Source of the DNA: Eledone cirrhosa
Taxonomy: Eukaryota
Reading direction: 5' to 3'
Length of the DNA stretch: 64,000 bases
NCBI GenBank assembly: GCA_964016885.1
Contig: OZ024759.1
Span: forward strand, 19,902,001-19,966,000
Position numbers and translations under genes: made by a program. Under the pieces are notes generated by a model. That model ran no database searches and was not told the origin of the DNA. It saw only the letters and a list, made by a program, of their open reading frames with translations. Shown piece after piece: positions 43,386 through 58,679 of the stretch. How positions within the stretch are numbered: position 1 is the first letter of the stretch; the number at the start of each line of letters is the position of its first letter.

Positions 43386-43907
43386 CATACACACAAACAT
43401 ACACTCTAACATACACACAAACATACACACTAACATACTCACAAACACACACACTAACATACACACAAACATACACACAAACATACACACAAACATACAC
43501 ACAAACATACACACAAACATACACACTAACATACACACTAACATACACACAAACATACACACACAAACACACACTAACATACACACAAACATACACACAA
43601 ACATACACACAAACACACACATAAACATACACACTAACACACACTAACACACACTAACATACACACTAACATACACACAAACATACACACAAACATACAC
43701 ACAAACACACACACTAACATACACACAAACATACACAATAACATACACACTAACATACACACTAACATACTCACAAACATACTCACAAACACACACACAA
43801 ACATACTCACAAACACACACACAAACACACACTAACATACACACAAACATACACACTAACACAAACACACACACAAACACACACACACACACAAACATAC
43901 ACACAAA

Positions 43908-43954
43908 CAACTTAATATCTGATATGATCCCTATATGGGACCATCGTTATTAAA
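43908..43954 (+). pseudogene. Second identical U2 snRNA-like fragment
   Basis: Identical to 43339-43385, 569 bp downstream. Confidence 0.6.
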
Positions 43955-44889
43955 CATACACACAAATATACACACAAACATACACACTAACATACACACA
44001 AACACACACACAAACACACACACTAACATACACACTAACATACTCACAAACACACACACTAACATACACAGAAACATACACACTAACACACACACAAACA
44101 TACACACAAACACACAGACAAACACACACTAACATACACACTAACATACACACTAACACACACTCTAACATACACACAAACATACACACTAACACAAACA
44201 TACACAAACACACACAAACACACACTAACATACACACAAACATACACACAAACATACACACAAACATACACACAAACACACACACAAACACACACACAAA
44301 CACACACACTAACACACACACTAACATACACACTAACACACACACTAACATACACACTAACACACACACTAACATACACAGAAACATACACACTAACATA
44401 CACACAAACACACAGACAAACACACACTAACATACACACAAACATACACAAACACATACATACACAAACACATACATACACAAACACATACATACCTATT
44501 ATATTCCTGGATATAATTATTGCTAATGGAACTGAGAACAGTTTCTATATTACTGTGAAAATGTGCGTTGTTTATAGTCCAATTGCTTCGTTAAAGGTAT
44601 TGTACTTGAGGTGGACATAATACCTCCATTAGTCCTTTCGTATCGACGATGGCCGTAATTTAATATCAGGGATTCTGATTATGTAAATATTTTATGGTCA
44701 AATAAAGTATAGGTATGTGGAATTATTTGATTATGGGAATGTGTTCTCTGTATAGCCACTATGTCATGTATCTCCTCGTGATATATATATATGTATATAT
44801 GTATATATGTATATATATATGTGTATATATGTATATATATGTATATGTATGTATATATATATTTATATATGTATGTATATAGATATATG

Positions 44890-44962
<73 letters not shown>

Positions 44963-45230
44963 GTATATATGTATGTATATATATATATATGTATATATAT
45001 GTATATATGTAAATATGTATATATATATGTATATGTATATATGTAAATATGTATATATATATACCTGCCAGACAGTCCTATGCGAGCAAGACAATCACTC
45101 TTGCCTCAAGTGGGACTACCCCCGTCCAAACCCATGCAAGCGTGGAACACGGACGTTAAATGTTGATGATGATGATGATGATGATATATATATATGTCTG
45201 TGTGTGTATATATATATATGTATATTTGTA

Positions 45231-45263
<33 letters not shown>

Positions 45264-45272
45264 ATATTTATG

Positions 45273-45305
<33 letters not shown>

Positions 45306-45787
45306 GTCTGTATATATATATATGCATGTATATATATTTATGTCTGTATATATATATATGTATGTATATATATTTATGTATGTATATATATTTATGTATG
45401 TATATATATTTATGTATATATATATGTATATGTATGTATATATATATGTATATATATGTATATATATATATGTATATATATATATGTATATATATATATA
45501 TGTATATGTATATATATATATGTATATATATGTATATATATATGTGTATATGTATATATGTATATGTATATATATATATGTATATATATATATGTATATG
45601 TATATATATATGTGTATATATATATATGTATATATATATATATGTATATGTATATATATATATGTATGTATATGTATATATATATATGTATATATATATA
45701 TATGTATATATATATGTATATATATGTATATATGTATATATATATATGTATATATATATATGTATATATATATGTATATATATATAC

Positions 45788-45837
<50 letters not shown>

Positions 45838-46084
45838 GTATGAATTTCTGTGATTCTATCACATGTAAAGAGAGAGAAGTTGTTTGACTACCTCATACTA
45901 CTACTCTCTCTTTACGCCTGGTGCCTGCGTGAATGTATGTGTGTGTTTGTGTGGATGTGTGTGTGTGTATTTTTGTAAGTGTGTCTGCGTTTGCACGTTT
46001 GTATTTATACACTCATACATGTAAATGTATGCATATGCACATACACACATACACATCAGCGCATGGAACAAAATTCTAGTATAT

Positions 46085-46568
46085 CATAATACACTAAGAC
46101 ACATCTCATATATACTGTAATACATACACTAAGACTCATCTAATAATATATACTGTAATACATATACTAAGACACATCTCATATATACTGTAATACATAC
46201 ACTAAGACACATCTCACAATATATACTATAATGTATATACTATGACATACATCTCACAATATATACTAAAATATATATACTAAGACACATCTCACAATAT
46301 ATACTATAATATAAATACTAAGACACATCTCACAATATATACTAAAATATATATACTAAGACACATCTCACAATATATACTATAATATATATACTAAGAC
46401 ACATCTCACAATATATACTGTAAAACATACACTAAGACACATCTCACAATATATACTATAATGTATATACTATGACATACATCTCACAATATATACTATA
46501 ATATATATACTATGACACACATCTCACAATATATACTATAATGTATATACTTGGACATACATCTCACA
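46085..46568. repeat. About 38-bp minisatellite (actaagacacatctcacaatatatactataatatatat)
   Basis: Periodicity, about 12 units. Confidence 0.9.
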
Positions 46569-47441
46569 GACAACATCGAACATAGGTCACAGCACAACAT
46601 AACCACAAGCAAGATAACAGGTCATGACCACAACAGAATATAATCACACACAACACAACACAAACCATACAACACAACATAACCACAAACCACATAAACC
46701 ACAAACCAAACAACACAACATAATCACCAACCACACCACACAACACACACAACCACAAACTGCACACAACCACACTGCATCACAAACCATACAATGCACC
46801 ACAAACCACACAACACACACAACCACAAACTGCACACAACCACACTGCACCACAAACCATACAACACAACACAACCACACAATACACATAACCTCAAACC
46901 ACATAACACAACCACAAACCATACAACATAACCACAAACTACACAACATAAACCACACAATACATACAACCACAAACCACACAAAATAACCACAAACTAC
47001 ACAACATAAACCACACAATACATACAACCACAAACCACACAACATAACCACACAAAATAACCACAAACTACACAACATAAACCACACAATACATACAATC
47101 ACAAACCACACAGCATAACCACACAAAATAACCACACAAAATAACCACAAACTACCCAAGATAAACCACACAATACATACAACCACAAACCACACAAAAT
47201 AACCACAAACTACACAACATAAACCACACAATACATACAACCACAAACCACACAACATAACCACACAAAATAACCACAAACTACACAACATAAACCACAC
47301 AATACTTACAACCACAAACCACACAACGCACACGACCACACAATGCACCACTAACCACATATAACCGCAAACCATACAACACAGCACAAGCCATACAACA
47401 CAACCACAAACCACACAACAACACAACACTGTCCAACTTAC

Positions 47442-47637
47442 AGAAGTTCAGATGGAATGTCAACCACGGCCTCAGTTTGACCCCGTGTGTGTGTGTGTGT
47501 ATGTGTTTGTGTGTGTGTGTAGTTGTGGGGGAGAGAAGTGGTGGAGTGTCGTGTGGGTTGGGGAGGAGCCTGAGTAAGTCCCTGGCACTGTGCCGCACTC
47601 CCCCTGCTCCTTCTTCCCACCTTCTTCTTCTTGATAA
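47442..47637 (-). CDS. Candidate internal exon of an unidentified host gene
   Basis: Long polypyrimidine tract plus ctttag acceptor; gtaagt donor; one frame open throughout (IKKKKVGRRSRG...AVVDIPSEL). Confidence 0.35.
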
Positions 47638-48212
47638 CTAAAGTAATAAAATAACAGAAAGAGAGAAACAGAGAGGAAGGAGTTATGGTAGAAAGGTTTG
47701 GGTGGAGGGAGTGATTGGAATTTGGCCAAGAAATAAAGGGTGGTGGTGGTGTGGTGGTATTGGGGGGGGGGTATAGGTGGTGGTGGTGGTGGTATTATTG
47801 GTGGTGTGGTGGTATTGGTGGTGGTGATGGTGGTGGTAGTATAGGTGGTGGTAATGGTATTGGTGGTGGTGGTGGTGGTGTCGGTGGTGGCGTTAGTGTT
47901 TGCTGTAGTGGTGGTGGTGGTGGTGGCAGTGTTTGCTGTAGTTTGGTGGTGGTGGTGGTGGTGGTGGTGGCAGCGTTTGCTGTAGTGTGGTGGTGGTGGT
48001 GGTGGCAGCGTTTGCTGTAGTGTGGTGGTGGTGGTGGTGTTGGTGATAAATTGTGATAGATTTATGTGGCTTATGAATGACCAAGATAGCATTTATATCT
48101 ATAATATAACCACATCACCCCTCACATCCCCTCTCTCTATATATGTCTATAATAAAATGTATGTCCTTCCCCCTCTCTATATATGTCTATATGTCTCCCT
48201 TCTCCCTCCTCT

Positions 48213-48690
48213 CTTTACATGTCTATAAGGTCTTCCCCCTCTCCCCTCTCTCTCTATATATACATGTCTATAAGGTCTTACCCTCTCCCCCTCCCTTTAC
48301 ATGTCTATAAGGTCTTACCCTCTCCCCCTCCCTTTACATGTCTATAAGGTCTTCCCCCTCCCCCTCCCTTTACATGTCTATAAGGTCTTACCCTCTCCCC
48401 CTCCCTTTACATGTCTATAAGGTCTTACCCTCTCCCCCTCCCTTTACATGTCTATAAGGTCTTACCCTCCCCCCCTCCCTTTACATGTCTATAAGGTCTT
48501 ACCCTCTCCCCCTCCCTTTACATGTCTATAAGGTCTTCCCCCTCCCCCTCCCTTTACATGTCTATAAGGTCTTACCCTCCCCCCCTCCCTTTACATGTCT
48601 ATAAGGTCTTACCCTCTCCCCCTCCCTTTACATGTCTATAAGGTCTTCCCCCCCCCCCTCCCTTTACATGTCTATAAGGTCTTACCCCTC
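48213..48690. repeat. 37-bp minisatellite (tttacatgtctataaggtcttaccctctccccctccc)
   Basis: Periodicity, about 12 units. Confidence 0.92.
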
Positions 48691-49248
48691 TCCCCCTCTT
48701 TCTACATATCTATGTCTCCCCTCTCCCCTCCCTCTCTCTCTACATGTCAATAATGTATTCCCTCTCCCTCCTCCCTCTCTCTTCATGTCAATAATCTGTC
48801 CCCCCCTCTACCTACATGTCTATAACTTCTTCCCCCTCCGCCCCCTCTCCCTACATGTCTATAACTTCTTCCCCCCTCCGCCCCCCTCTCTCTACATGTC
48901 TCTCTACACATCTATATATCTTCGCCCACCTCCACCCAATGTCTATAACTTCCCCAACCCCTCCAACATGTCTATAACACACTACCGCAGTCTTAATACT
49001 ACTACACACACACACACATACACATGTTTGTATATAAATTACACACACACACACACACACATATATCTAACCCATCCCAGCTTGGAAAAATGGACATTAA
49101 ATGATGATACACACACACACACTCACACACATGTTATTGTCATTGTTGCTCACAGCTAAGCTGGTTTAGGGCCTCCTAGGAGGCTACCTCTCATAAGAGG
49201 TTTCTTGAGTATTTTAATGATATTTGTGGCCTATTCCTATCATATATA

Positions 49249-49283
<35 letters not shown>

Positions 49284-49455
49284 CCAGAAGGGATATTTAA
49301 TTTGTTGGTAATTCAACAAATATAAATGTTTATAACTGATTCAGAGCACTCAACAGCTTTTCTGGAGTATAATATTCAATGATATTAAATAAAGGGAAAC
49401 TTCAACCGTTAAGGTATGTTTCTTGGTTATGTCAAAATTTATAAAACGCACTTTG

Positions 49456-49517
49456 TATTTTATCTGATGAAAGCGTACCAAAGTGTTGGTACCCTTGAAA
49501 TATATATAATAGAATAA
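49456..49517 (+). ncRNA. Type I hammerhead ribozyme, family B
   Basis: tattttat CTGATGA (49464-70) aag.gtacca-aagtgt-tggtac.ctt GAAA tatata TA atagaata. Confidence 0.72.
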
Positions 49518-49554
49518 ATATGGTTTTATAAATATAGTTTCCATTTATTTAATA

Positions 49555-49957
49555 TCGACGGCTGGAGAGAAATGAGGCAAGCATGCTCCGTTGGATGTGC
49601 AGTGTAAATGTGCGTGAACGACCCAGCATAAATGTGTTGAGAGAGAAACTGTGTCTGAGAGGGATAGAATGTAGTGTACGGGAGAGGAGACTGAGGTGGT
49701 ATGGACATGTGATGCGCATGGAGGATGACCGATGGGTGAAGAAGTGCCAGGAAATGCCAGTTGAAGGAAGACGTGGTAGAGGTAGACCACGAAAAACATG
49801 GGCGGAGGTGGTGAGAACAGACCTCAGATCATTGAAGCTCATGGTGGAGATGACGAGGGACCATGACGAGTGGAAAGATGCTGTGCTGAATAAGACCCGT
49901 CCCACCCTTGCAAGCAGGGAAAAGCGGACGTAAAATGATGATGATGATGATGATGAT
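49555..49957 (+). pseudogene. RTE-clade LINE 3' fragment
   Basis: RRLERNEASMLRWMCSV...RRLRWYGHVMRM...GRRGRGRPRKTW...; stop at 49933; (ATG)n tail. Confidence 0.9.
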
Positions 49958-50265
49958 ATATATAAAACCAAAGTTTATATGGTTCGTTGGTTATTCAACG
50001 AATACAATTTTACAATAGATTAGAAGCACTTGACAGAAATTTTTCTGGAGTATTTAATATGATTCAAAATATTAATAAACAAAAAATATTCTCATAACCA
50101 AAATATATATTTTTATTATACATATTTCAAAGGTATGTCGTATATCCAATCTCTCAATTATTTTTTCTGATGAAAACGTACTTAAACACCATTGTACCTT
50201 TGAAATATGTATAATAAAAACATATATTTTGGTTATGAGAATATTTTTCATTTATTAATATTTTG

Positions 50266-50322
<57 letters not shown>

Positions 50323-50479
50323 AATGGAAAAAATGAAATTTCATTTCTCATTCTTAGTACGGCTGATACTTAAATATAAGTATTTATACGTACATACATA
50401 TATGTATACAGACGTACAGTAGTATGTATATACATACATACATGCACACACATATATATATATGTATGTATGGGTTTAC

Positions 50480-50818
50480 CATCATCATCATTTCATTTCA
50501 CGTCCGCTTTTCCCTGATTGCAAGGGTGGGACGGGAACTGATTCTGGCTTGATTTCTACAGCTGGATGCCCTTCCTAACACCAACCTCATTTACAGTGAG
50601 TGCTGGGTGCTTTTTTGCCGTGGCACCTCCACGACCACTTTGCAGTGGAATGATAGGGACCCCAGTCCCTATCATCTCGTTTCTACAGCTGAGTAAACTG
50701 GAGCAATGTGAAATAAAGTGTCTTGCTCAAGGAAACAACACATCACCCGGTCTGAGAATTGAACTCACAACCTTTCGATTGCAAGGCCAATGCTCTAACC
50801 ACTAAGCCATGTGCCTCC
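50480..50818 (-). mobile_element. tRNA/CORE-like/V-like SINE with RTE tail
   Basis: Copy of 23296-23650. Confidence 0.88.
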
Positions 50819-50829
50819 ACACACACGCA

Positions 50830-50889
<60 letters not shown>

Positions 50890-51439
50890 AAGAGGGTGTG
50901 GTTAGATACCAGGTGGACCATAATGCACCAGAGTACTCAATACTTAAGGCAGTAGCGTGGGTAATAGGACAAGAGTCAGGATCTAGCTGTCAAAACGGTC
51001 AGAGCTCAACCATCTGGGTCCTGACTCTTTTACTATGTATTTATATATGATATATCCCCTCCATACACACGCATACATGTGTGTGTATGGCTGTGTGCAT
51101 ATCATGACTCATATACTGTTCACTTTCCTGACATTTGTACATTATTCAGTAGAGCATCAGACACCATGCTTTGCCGTATATAGTTACGGCCCTTTATGAT
51201 CTGAGTTCAAATCCCACCGAGGTTAACTTTGCCTTTCATCCTTACAGGGTCAATAAAATAAAGCACCAGTAATACACTGGGGTAATTGCTGGCTTTGTGA
51301 CAAAAGTAGAAACAATTATTCTATGTACTATACATACACTTTTGATGAGTTGTAGTGCACCTGAGCATTGTACACAATAATTTTCACTATTATATAGTCG
51401 TTTTTTGAAGATGTTTGATGTTGCATCGTTGTATGTATG

Positions 51440-51514
<75 letters not shown>

Positions 51515-51680
51515 CGAATGTAAAGTCGAGTTAGTGTAGGTTCACCAGAGGTGAGCGCTCAACAAGCTTTTGATTCCAAAGTCGGGTTAGAATGATACAG
51601 ATTGAACTTTGAGCTGATCAATAGTGAAGCACTCGTCACCACTCAACAAACATAATGAAGACATAACAAATCGTCCTTTT

Positions 51681-51729
<49 letters not shown>

Positions 51730-52269
51730 GGTGACATGACAAAAGCACCAGTCCACACTGTAAAGTGGTCATGTAGCAGAGATAGTAAAAAGGCTCCCAG
51801 TCCACACTGTAAATGTGGTTGATGTTAGGAAGGGCATCCAGCCATAGAAAACCAGCCAAAGACAGTTCTATACGAGCAAGACAAGGTCACCCGACCAATC
51901 TTGCCTCAAGTGAGACAATCCCTGTCTAAACCCATGCTAGCATGGAAGATCGACATTAAACGATAATGATAATGATATGTGTGTGTCTTTGGTGGTATTT
52001 GCTTTACATTTGTATACCATATTTTCATACAGACATTTGCCCTTCAGGGGGCAATTTTCTGGCTGTCTACAGTTACAGTTCTTTCTTAGATTTTGCTCAT
52101 AACCAGGTCCTGTTCTAGTGGCAATATTAATAAAGCTACCATATATGTTGCATGTTTGTGTGTTTCTTGAATTTACTGCATGGCTGCAAATGTTGTTTAG
52201 ACTTGGTTGTATATTATATGGTTACAACTAGTTATGGAGTCATTGATACTGTCATTATGTTGTGGTTAA

Positions 52270-52451
52270 TTGGCAGTATCGGTAGAGGCGTCGGAGGACG
52301 CCATGCTTTGACGCATAGAGTTACGGCCCTTGCCATTCTGAGTTCAAATCCCGCCGAGGTTAACTTTGCCTTTCATCCTTACGGGGTTGATAAAATAAAG
52401 TACCAGTAATGTACTGGGTAATTACTGGCCTTGTGCCAAAAGTAGAAACAT
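52270..52451 (+). mobile_element. Nin/Deu-like SINE with 15-bp TSD
   Basis: TSD ttatgttgtggttaa at 52255-52269 and 52452-52466. Confidence 0.88.
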
Positions 52452-52583
52452 TTATGTTGTGGTTAACTGTTGTTTAAGGCGTGCTTGAGAACTCTGCCCC
52501 CACAACCCTCCCAGGAATAAATGGGTAAAGAAGATGTACAGCCATGTAAGGCTCAACCCTTTTGCACTTACATTACTCTCTCT

Positions 52584-52614
<31 letters not shown>

Positions 52615-52899
52615 CATACACACACTCTGCTCTCTGAGTTCAAATCCCGCCGATGTCAATTTTGCCTTTCATCCTTTCGAGTTTGATTAAAAAAGTACCA
52701 GTCTAATACTGGGGTCGATTCTTCCTCTATATCTCTTTCTCATTTCCTCTCTCTCTCTCACTTTCTATCTTTCTCTGCAAGAAATCTGCTGTACTCAGTC
52801 CAGGAGAGGAGATGGGCTTCGCCAGGCTTAAAATGCCCAAGAAACTCTGTATGTCAATACAGCACCCCTACAACTCCCATAGGAGTTACGGGATCATAC

Positions 52900-53110
52900 A
52901 TAATATACATATATACCATTGTATTTTCATAGTAAACACTTTATCTCACATAATTATTTCACATAATATTGAATCTACAAGATTTTTATGTTATTTGTTT
53001 TGAGAACAATACCTTAACATTAGTATGAGTGGCCGGTTAGGGCCGGTTTGAACAGAAAGAGGTGAAAGAATTCTGGTTGGATATGGCTGGTTTAAATGAT
53101 AAAGATTTAA
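52900..53110. mobile_element. Unexpanded or partial copy of the piggyBac-like MITE
   Basis: Homologous to about 17780-18020; ends ...tttaaatgataaagatttaa. Confidence 0.7.
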
Positions 53111-54029
53111 CCTGTTGCCTGCTGCCTATATTTTACACAGCTACAGTTGCTGTGCTGGGTTGTTTTTTTTTCAGTAAAATGACTATTTTTTTCAACAAAC
53201 ATTTATTAAAAACACATATCTGAACGATTGACAAACATCACATTAATAAACTAGTAACCCCATCTAGCTTTGAAGTTATGAACTGTTGGAAAAAAGTACA
53301 TAACTTTGAAGTTATGAATTGTTGGAAACGAGTTCATAACTTTGAAGTTTTGAACTGTTGGAAAAGAGTTCAAACATGTTAGGACGAGTTATCTTGTCTG
53401 TGGTACTGGAATGCATACATGTTAGGATGAATTATCTCGTGTACAGCACTGAAGAGGTTAAGATATTTATAAAGTTTTCAAAGTTCATAGTCGTGCAATA
53501 CGATAGTTTAATTGTTGATCTATTAAAAGTTTTGTGGTATTTAAGAGATGGTGTGAAGTTTTATCTATTTATTAGCATCTTACGTCGGCTTTCACTGCTA
53601 GCAAGGATTGGACATGTCTACATAGACCAAATCAATAACAATACAAGGCTACTGACCTCCCAGCCAGGCCGAGTGGTCTGTATTCTTCTTACATATGGTC
53701 ATACATTCTATCGAGTACATAGAAGTTGTGTCTTTTGACTCAAATTAAAGGATCCTCACCAACCCTTATTTGGGAAGCTTTCTATGGCTGGATGCCTTTC
53801 TTAACACTAACCACTTTACAGCATGTACTGGGTGCTTTTATCGTGTAGATCACCAGAACTAGGGAAGTTGTCATATCCTTGACATAACTAACACTTTACA
53901 ACATGTACTGGGTGCTTTTATTGTATAAAAGAATTCATTGGGAATTTTCGTTCCAATCTAGGTGCAATATGAAGGTTAAACCAGAGATTTGTAGTGCAGC
54001 TGCAACTTTGGTTATATTCATTAATATTG

Positions 54030-54100
<71 letters not shown>

Positions 54101-54164
54101 ATTTATTATAAGCTTAGAGTGAAAGCAGTAATTGTTTGCTTAAACTTTTAATATACTTATATGT

Positions 54165-54510
54165 AGAATTAGAATTTAGCTTCGAGCATAGCTGTATACA
54201 GATATGTATTGGAATTTTGTATTTCTAAAGAAATATGGTATGTTTATAAACAAACATATAGAAAGCCATAACTATGCAAAAACCCAGGCGGCTATAGCCC
54301 TCTGGCAGTGTCCAGCAGAAACGACGGGGACAATTGTGTTGATGAGAACCAGTTCAGTTCGAAATGCATCAACAATTATCCCCCTTGCTTCTGTTGGACA
54401 CCACCAGGTGGCAATAACCGCCATTGTTTTTGCATAGCTATGGCTTTCTAAAAGTTTATTTATAAACATACCATATTGCTTTAGAAATACGAAATTCCAT
54501 TACATACATT
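54165..54510. mobile_element. MITE with about 80-bp imperfect terminal inverted repeats
   Basis: 54203-54283 is the reverse complement of about 54427-54507. Confidence 0.75.
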
Positions 54511-54526
54511 CATATATATATATATC

Positions 54527-54577
54527 AGCTTCCTGATGATTTCTCTCAAATGAAACAGTTCTAGTCCTGTAGAAGCT
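54527..54577 (+). ncRNA. Type I hammerhead ribozyme, family D
   Basis: agcttc CTGATGA (weak stem II) GAAA cag-ttctagtc-ctg TA gaagct. Confidence 0.65.
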
Positions 54578-54586
54578 TTTCTATAT

Positions 54587-55100
<514 letters not shown>

Positions 55101-56398
55101 TATATACAACCCTTATTGAATCCTCTCTGGATTTTGGCCTTTATATTTATTATTATTACTATTATCTTATATATATATATACTTTCTAAGTGATGTGGTA
55201 TATTTTTAAGATTTGCGGACATCTGAGATAGATTTAATTTAGTTAATAGAACCAGCCATATCATGGGTTTCATTATAACAGCCCAGATGCTCATTGAAGA
55301 TAACTTCATTCATAGAAGGAGTCTAGAGATACACTCTTTATAATTAAGTTAATTATAGAATGTGGCTGATGAGAGTCTTCACTAATGTGTGTCAGATTTA
55401 GGTTTATTTTAAGGAACTAGGATTTTTTTCCATACGCTGATGCATGTGTGTGTGTGCATGTGTGTATGTGTATATGTAAATATTTATATGTATGAGTATA
55501 TAAATATAAATGCACAAACAGAGACACGCTTACAGACACACATTTACACAAATACACACACATACATTTACACAAGCACACACATATACATTTACACAAG
55601 CACACACATAGACATTAACACAAATACACACATTTACATAAACACACACATACATTTACCCAAACACACACATATACATTTACACAAACACACATACATT
55701 TTCACAAACACATGCTTATACATTTACACAAACACACACATACATTTTCGCAAACACACACATATTCATTTACACAAACGCACATATATTTACACAAACA
55801 CACACATTCATTTACACAAACGCACACATATTTACACAAACGCACACATTTACGCAAACACACACATCCATTTACGCAAACACACACACATACATTTACA
55901 CAAACACACATATATTCATACAAACACACACATAAATTTACACAAACACACACACACAACATTACACGAAAACACGCACACAAATTTACACAAACAGACA
56001 TACACATACACTCACACACATCCCATTTCTTCCTTTTACACACACATACATTCACACAGGCAGCAGACATAAGGGAGAGCAGTAGTATGAGGGAGTCAAA
56101 CTACTCCCCCTCTCTCTTTATGTGTTGTGACAGAATCACAGAAATTTATATATAGATGTTTTGAAGAGTCCAGAGTCAGGTTAAATGGTTACATTAAGCA
56201 ACCTGGTTACCTAATAGATTTGCACAAACGATATTTTTAAGCCCATGTTTTTAGGGAATGATGTTATCGTGTTTCTTTTGCATTGAAGTTGGTGTTCTTT
56301 GAAGTTTTGGACATTTACTAGGGTGTTCTCTTCCCCCTCCACTTTCTCTCTCTCTCTCTCTATATATATATAGATATATATATATATCTGTATGATTG

Positions 56399-56432
<34 letters not shown>

Positions 56433-56781
56433 GTATTAAGGATACTATTTATGGTTATGTATATACTAAAACTTTTTATAGTTATATATATTTTAAACCC
56501 TAAACAGTGAAAGACAGTAATTTATTACTACCTTACTACCTGCATACACTAACTACTTCTAACTATCCTCTTGCATTATCTTCGTAAACTGCCGATGTTG
56601 TATTTTAACTTTAATTTTGTTTTAATTTTCTTTTAATATGATTTGAATTTTTGAATTTAATTTGCCATGCAGAAATATTATAATGGATGTCACCCCACTG
56701 TGCATCGATATATACATATGTTTCTGTATGTCTCTTGTGTTGGAAAGGAGGTCATATATGTAAACAATCATTGAAAACATT

Positions 56782-56826
56782 GCTCCGAAGACTCCAAACC
56801 TCGGTTTGGATGAAACAATTGTAAGC
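56782..56826 (+). ncRNA. Minimal type I hammerhead variant (CCGAAGA core)
   Basis: gct CCGAAGA c-tccaaac-ctcg-gtttgga-t GAAA caattg TA agc, then AATAAA; palindromic stem III ACAATTGT. Confidence 0.55.
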
Positions 56827-57078
56827 TAATAAATGGTTTGAACAGAACTTTGATTCATGTGATTTCTATATATATATATATATATATATATGTATGATTG
56901 TATATATATATAGCGGCGATGAATTAGTTTTGCGAGGTTTTTTATATGAAATCGTGTGTCGAAACAAAATAAAAGACAGCGAGAAGCGAAAACCAACCAA
57001 ACAGTGAGTGTGTTCTGTTATTAATTCTGGCAATATTACACAAATATGACCCTCCCCAAGTATAACAATATATATATC

Positions 57079-57109
<31 letters not shown>

Positions 57110-57130
57110 ATGATTGTATATATATTTATA

Positions 57131-57175
<45 letters not shown>

Positions 57176-57473
57176 CGAAGGAGTTGTGGTAAGGAACCAG
57201 ATGGACCATAACGCACCAGAGTACTCAATACTTAGGGTAGTAGAGTGGCTAATAGGAAAAAGTATGACCCCCAACAGTGGAGCTCAAGCTGTTTCGACAG
57301 CTATTTCTGGACAGAAATAGCCATTGAAACGGCTTGAGCTCTGCCATCGGGGTCATACCTTTTCCTATATATATATATATATATATCTGTATGATTGTAT
57401 ATATATATATAAATATATGCATGAAGATATGTGTGTATGTATATATGTTTTTGTGTGTATATATGTATATATA

Positions 57474-57504
<31 letters not shown>

Positions 57505-57567
57505 GTCCCAAGGCTCTGATACCATCAACACTATAAACACAGAGCTGGCATATCTAAGAACTGACTA

Positions 57568-57623
57568 ACTGCCTGATGAGGTCATAGCCATTCAATGGCT
57601 ATCATCGAAATATATATAGCAGT
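57568..57623 (+). ncRNA. Type I hammerhead ribozyme, family C
   Basis: actgc CTGATGA g-gtcatagcca-ttcaa-tggctatcat-c GAAA tatata TA gcagt, then AATAAA. Confidence 0.75.
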
Positions 57624-57789
57624 AAATAAAGGATTATGACTTCATTCAATTGACTTATGTTTCGTCACTATATATATATATTACTCTTTTACTCTTTGAC
57701 CTGTTCCAGCCATCCAACTGAGGCCATGCTGGGGCACCACCCTTGTATATATATATATTCATTTTCTGTGTGTGTGTATATATATATAC

Positions 57790-58211
57790 AATATATTAAC
57801 AAATGGAAACTATATTTATAAAACCATATTTATTTCATTATACATATTTCAAGGACACCAAAGCAAATTATGGTGCGCTTTCATCAGACACTAATTTGCA
57901 TAATAGACCAATAATAAAATTAGTAACCCCACTATCCGGGAGCTTCCAACCGACGTGGTCGTATTCTTTAAGGGTATGTCAATATTTGTTTATAAAACTG
58001 ATCTATATTATATTTTATCTGATGAAAGCGCACCATAGTTTGCTTTGGTGTCCTTGAAATATTTATAATGAAATAAATATGGTTTTATAAATATAGTTTC
58101 CATTTGTTAATATATTGTATATTTACTCCAATAATTTGTTGAGTGCTTTATATCAGTTATAAAAATATTTTTAGCTTGTTGTATCCCAACAAATTAAATA
58201 TAACCTCTACA
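57790..58211. mobile_element. Family B HHR element in inverted configuration (HHR at 58011-58075 on +; HHR lacking stem I at 57830-57888 on -)
   Basis: About 100-bp inverted arms; homologous to 20443-20777. Confidence 0.72.
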
Positions 58212-58213
58212 TA

Positions 58214-58260
<47 letters not shown>

Positions 58261-58385
58261 GTTATTCCGGGTTGAATCGGAGGTAACCACAGTAAGTAAG
58301 GTACTCAATACATAGCAGAGTATAACAGTTTTAATATAGAAGAGATTCTACAGGACTAGAACTGTTTCATTCATTAGAAATCATC

Positions 58386-58440
58386 AGAGATTCCTGATGA
58401 TTTCTAATGAATGAAACAGTTCTAGTCCTGTAGAATCTCT
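58386..58440 (+). ncRNA. Type I hammerhead ribozyme, family D, within a 58327-58455 inverted repeat
   Basis: agagattc CTGATGA t-ttc-taat-gaa-t GAAA cag-ttctagtc-ctg TA gaatctct. Confidence 0.7.
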
Positions 58441-58453
58441 TCTATATTAAAAC

Positions 58454-58485
<32 letters not shown>

Positions 58486-58629
58486 TACATATATATATGC
58501 ACGTGTACACACACACATATTCATGAAATCATCACCTCTGCCATCTGTTACAAGCTACACCATGACGCTCCTTCAAAACACTCCCCCTCTCTTTTTTCTC
58601 CTTTACATGCTCAGTCTCTCTCTCTCCCC

Positions 58630-58679
<50 letters not shown>

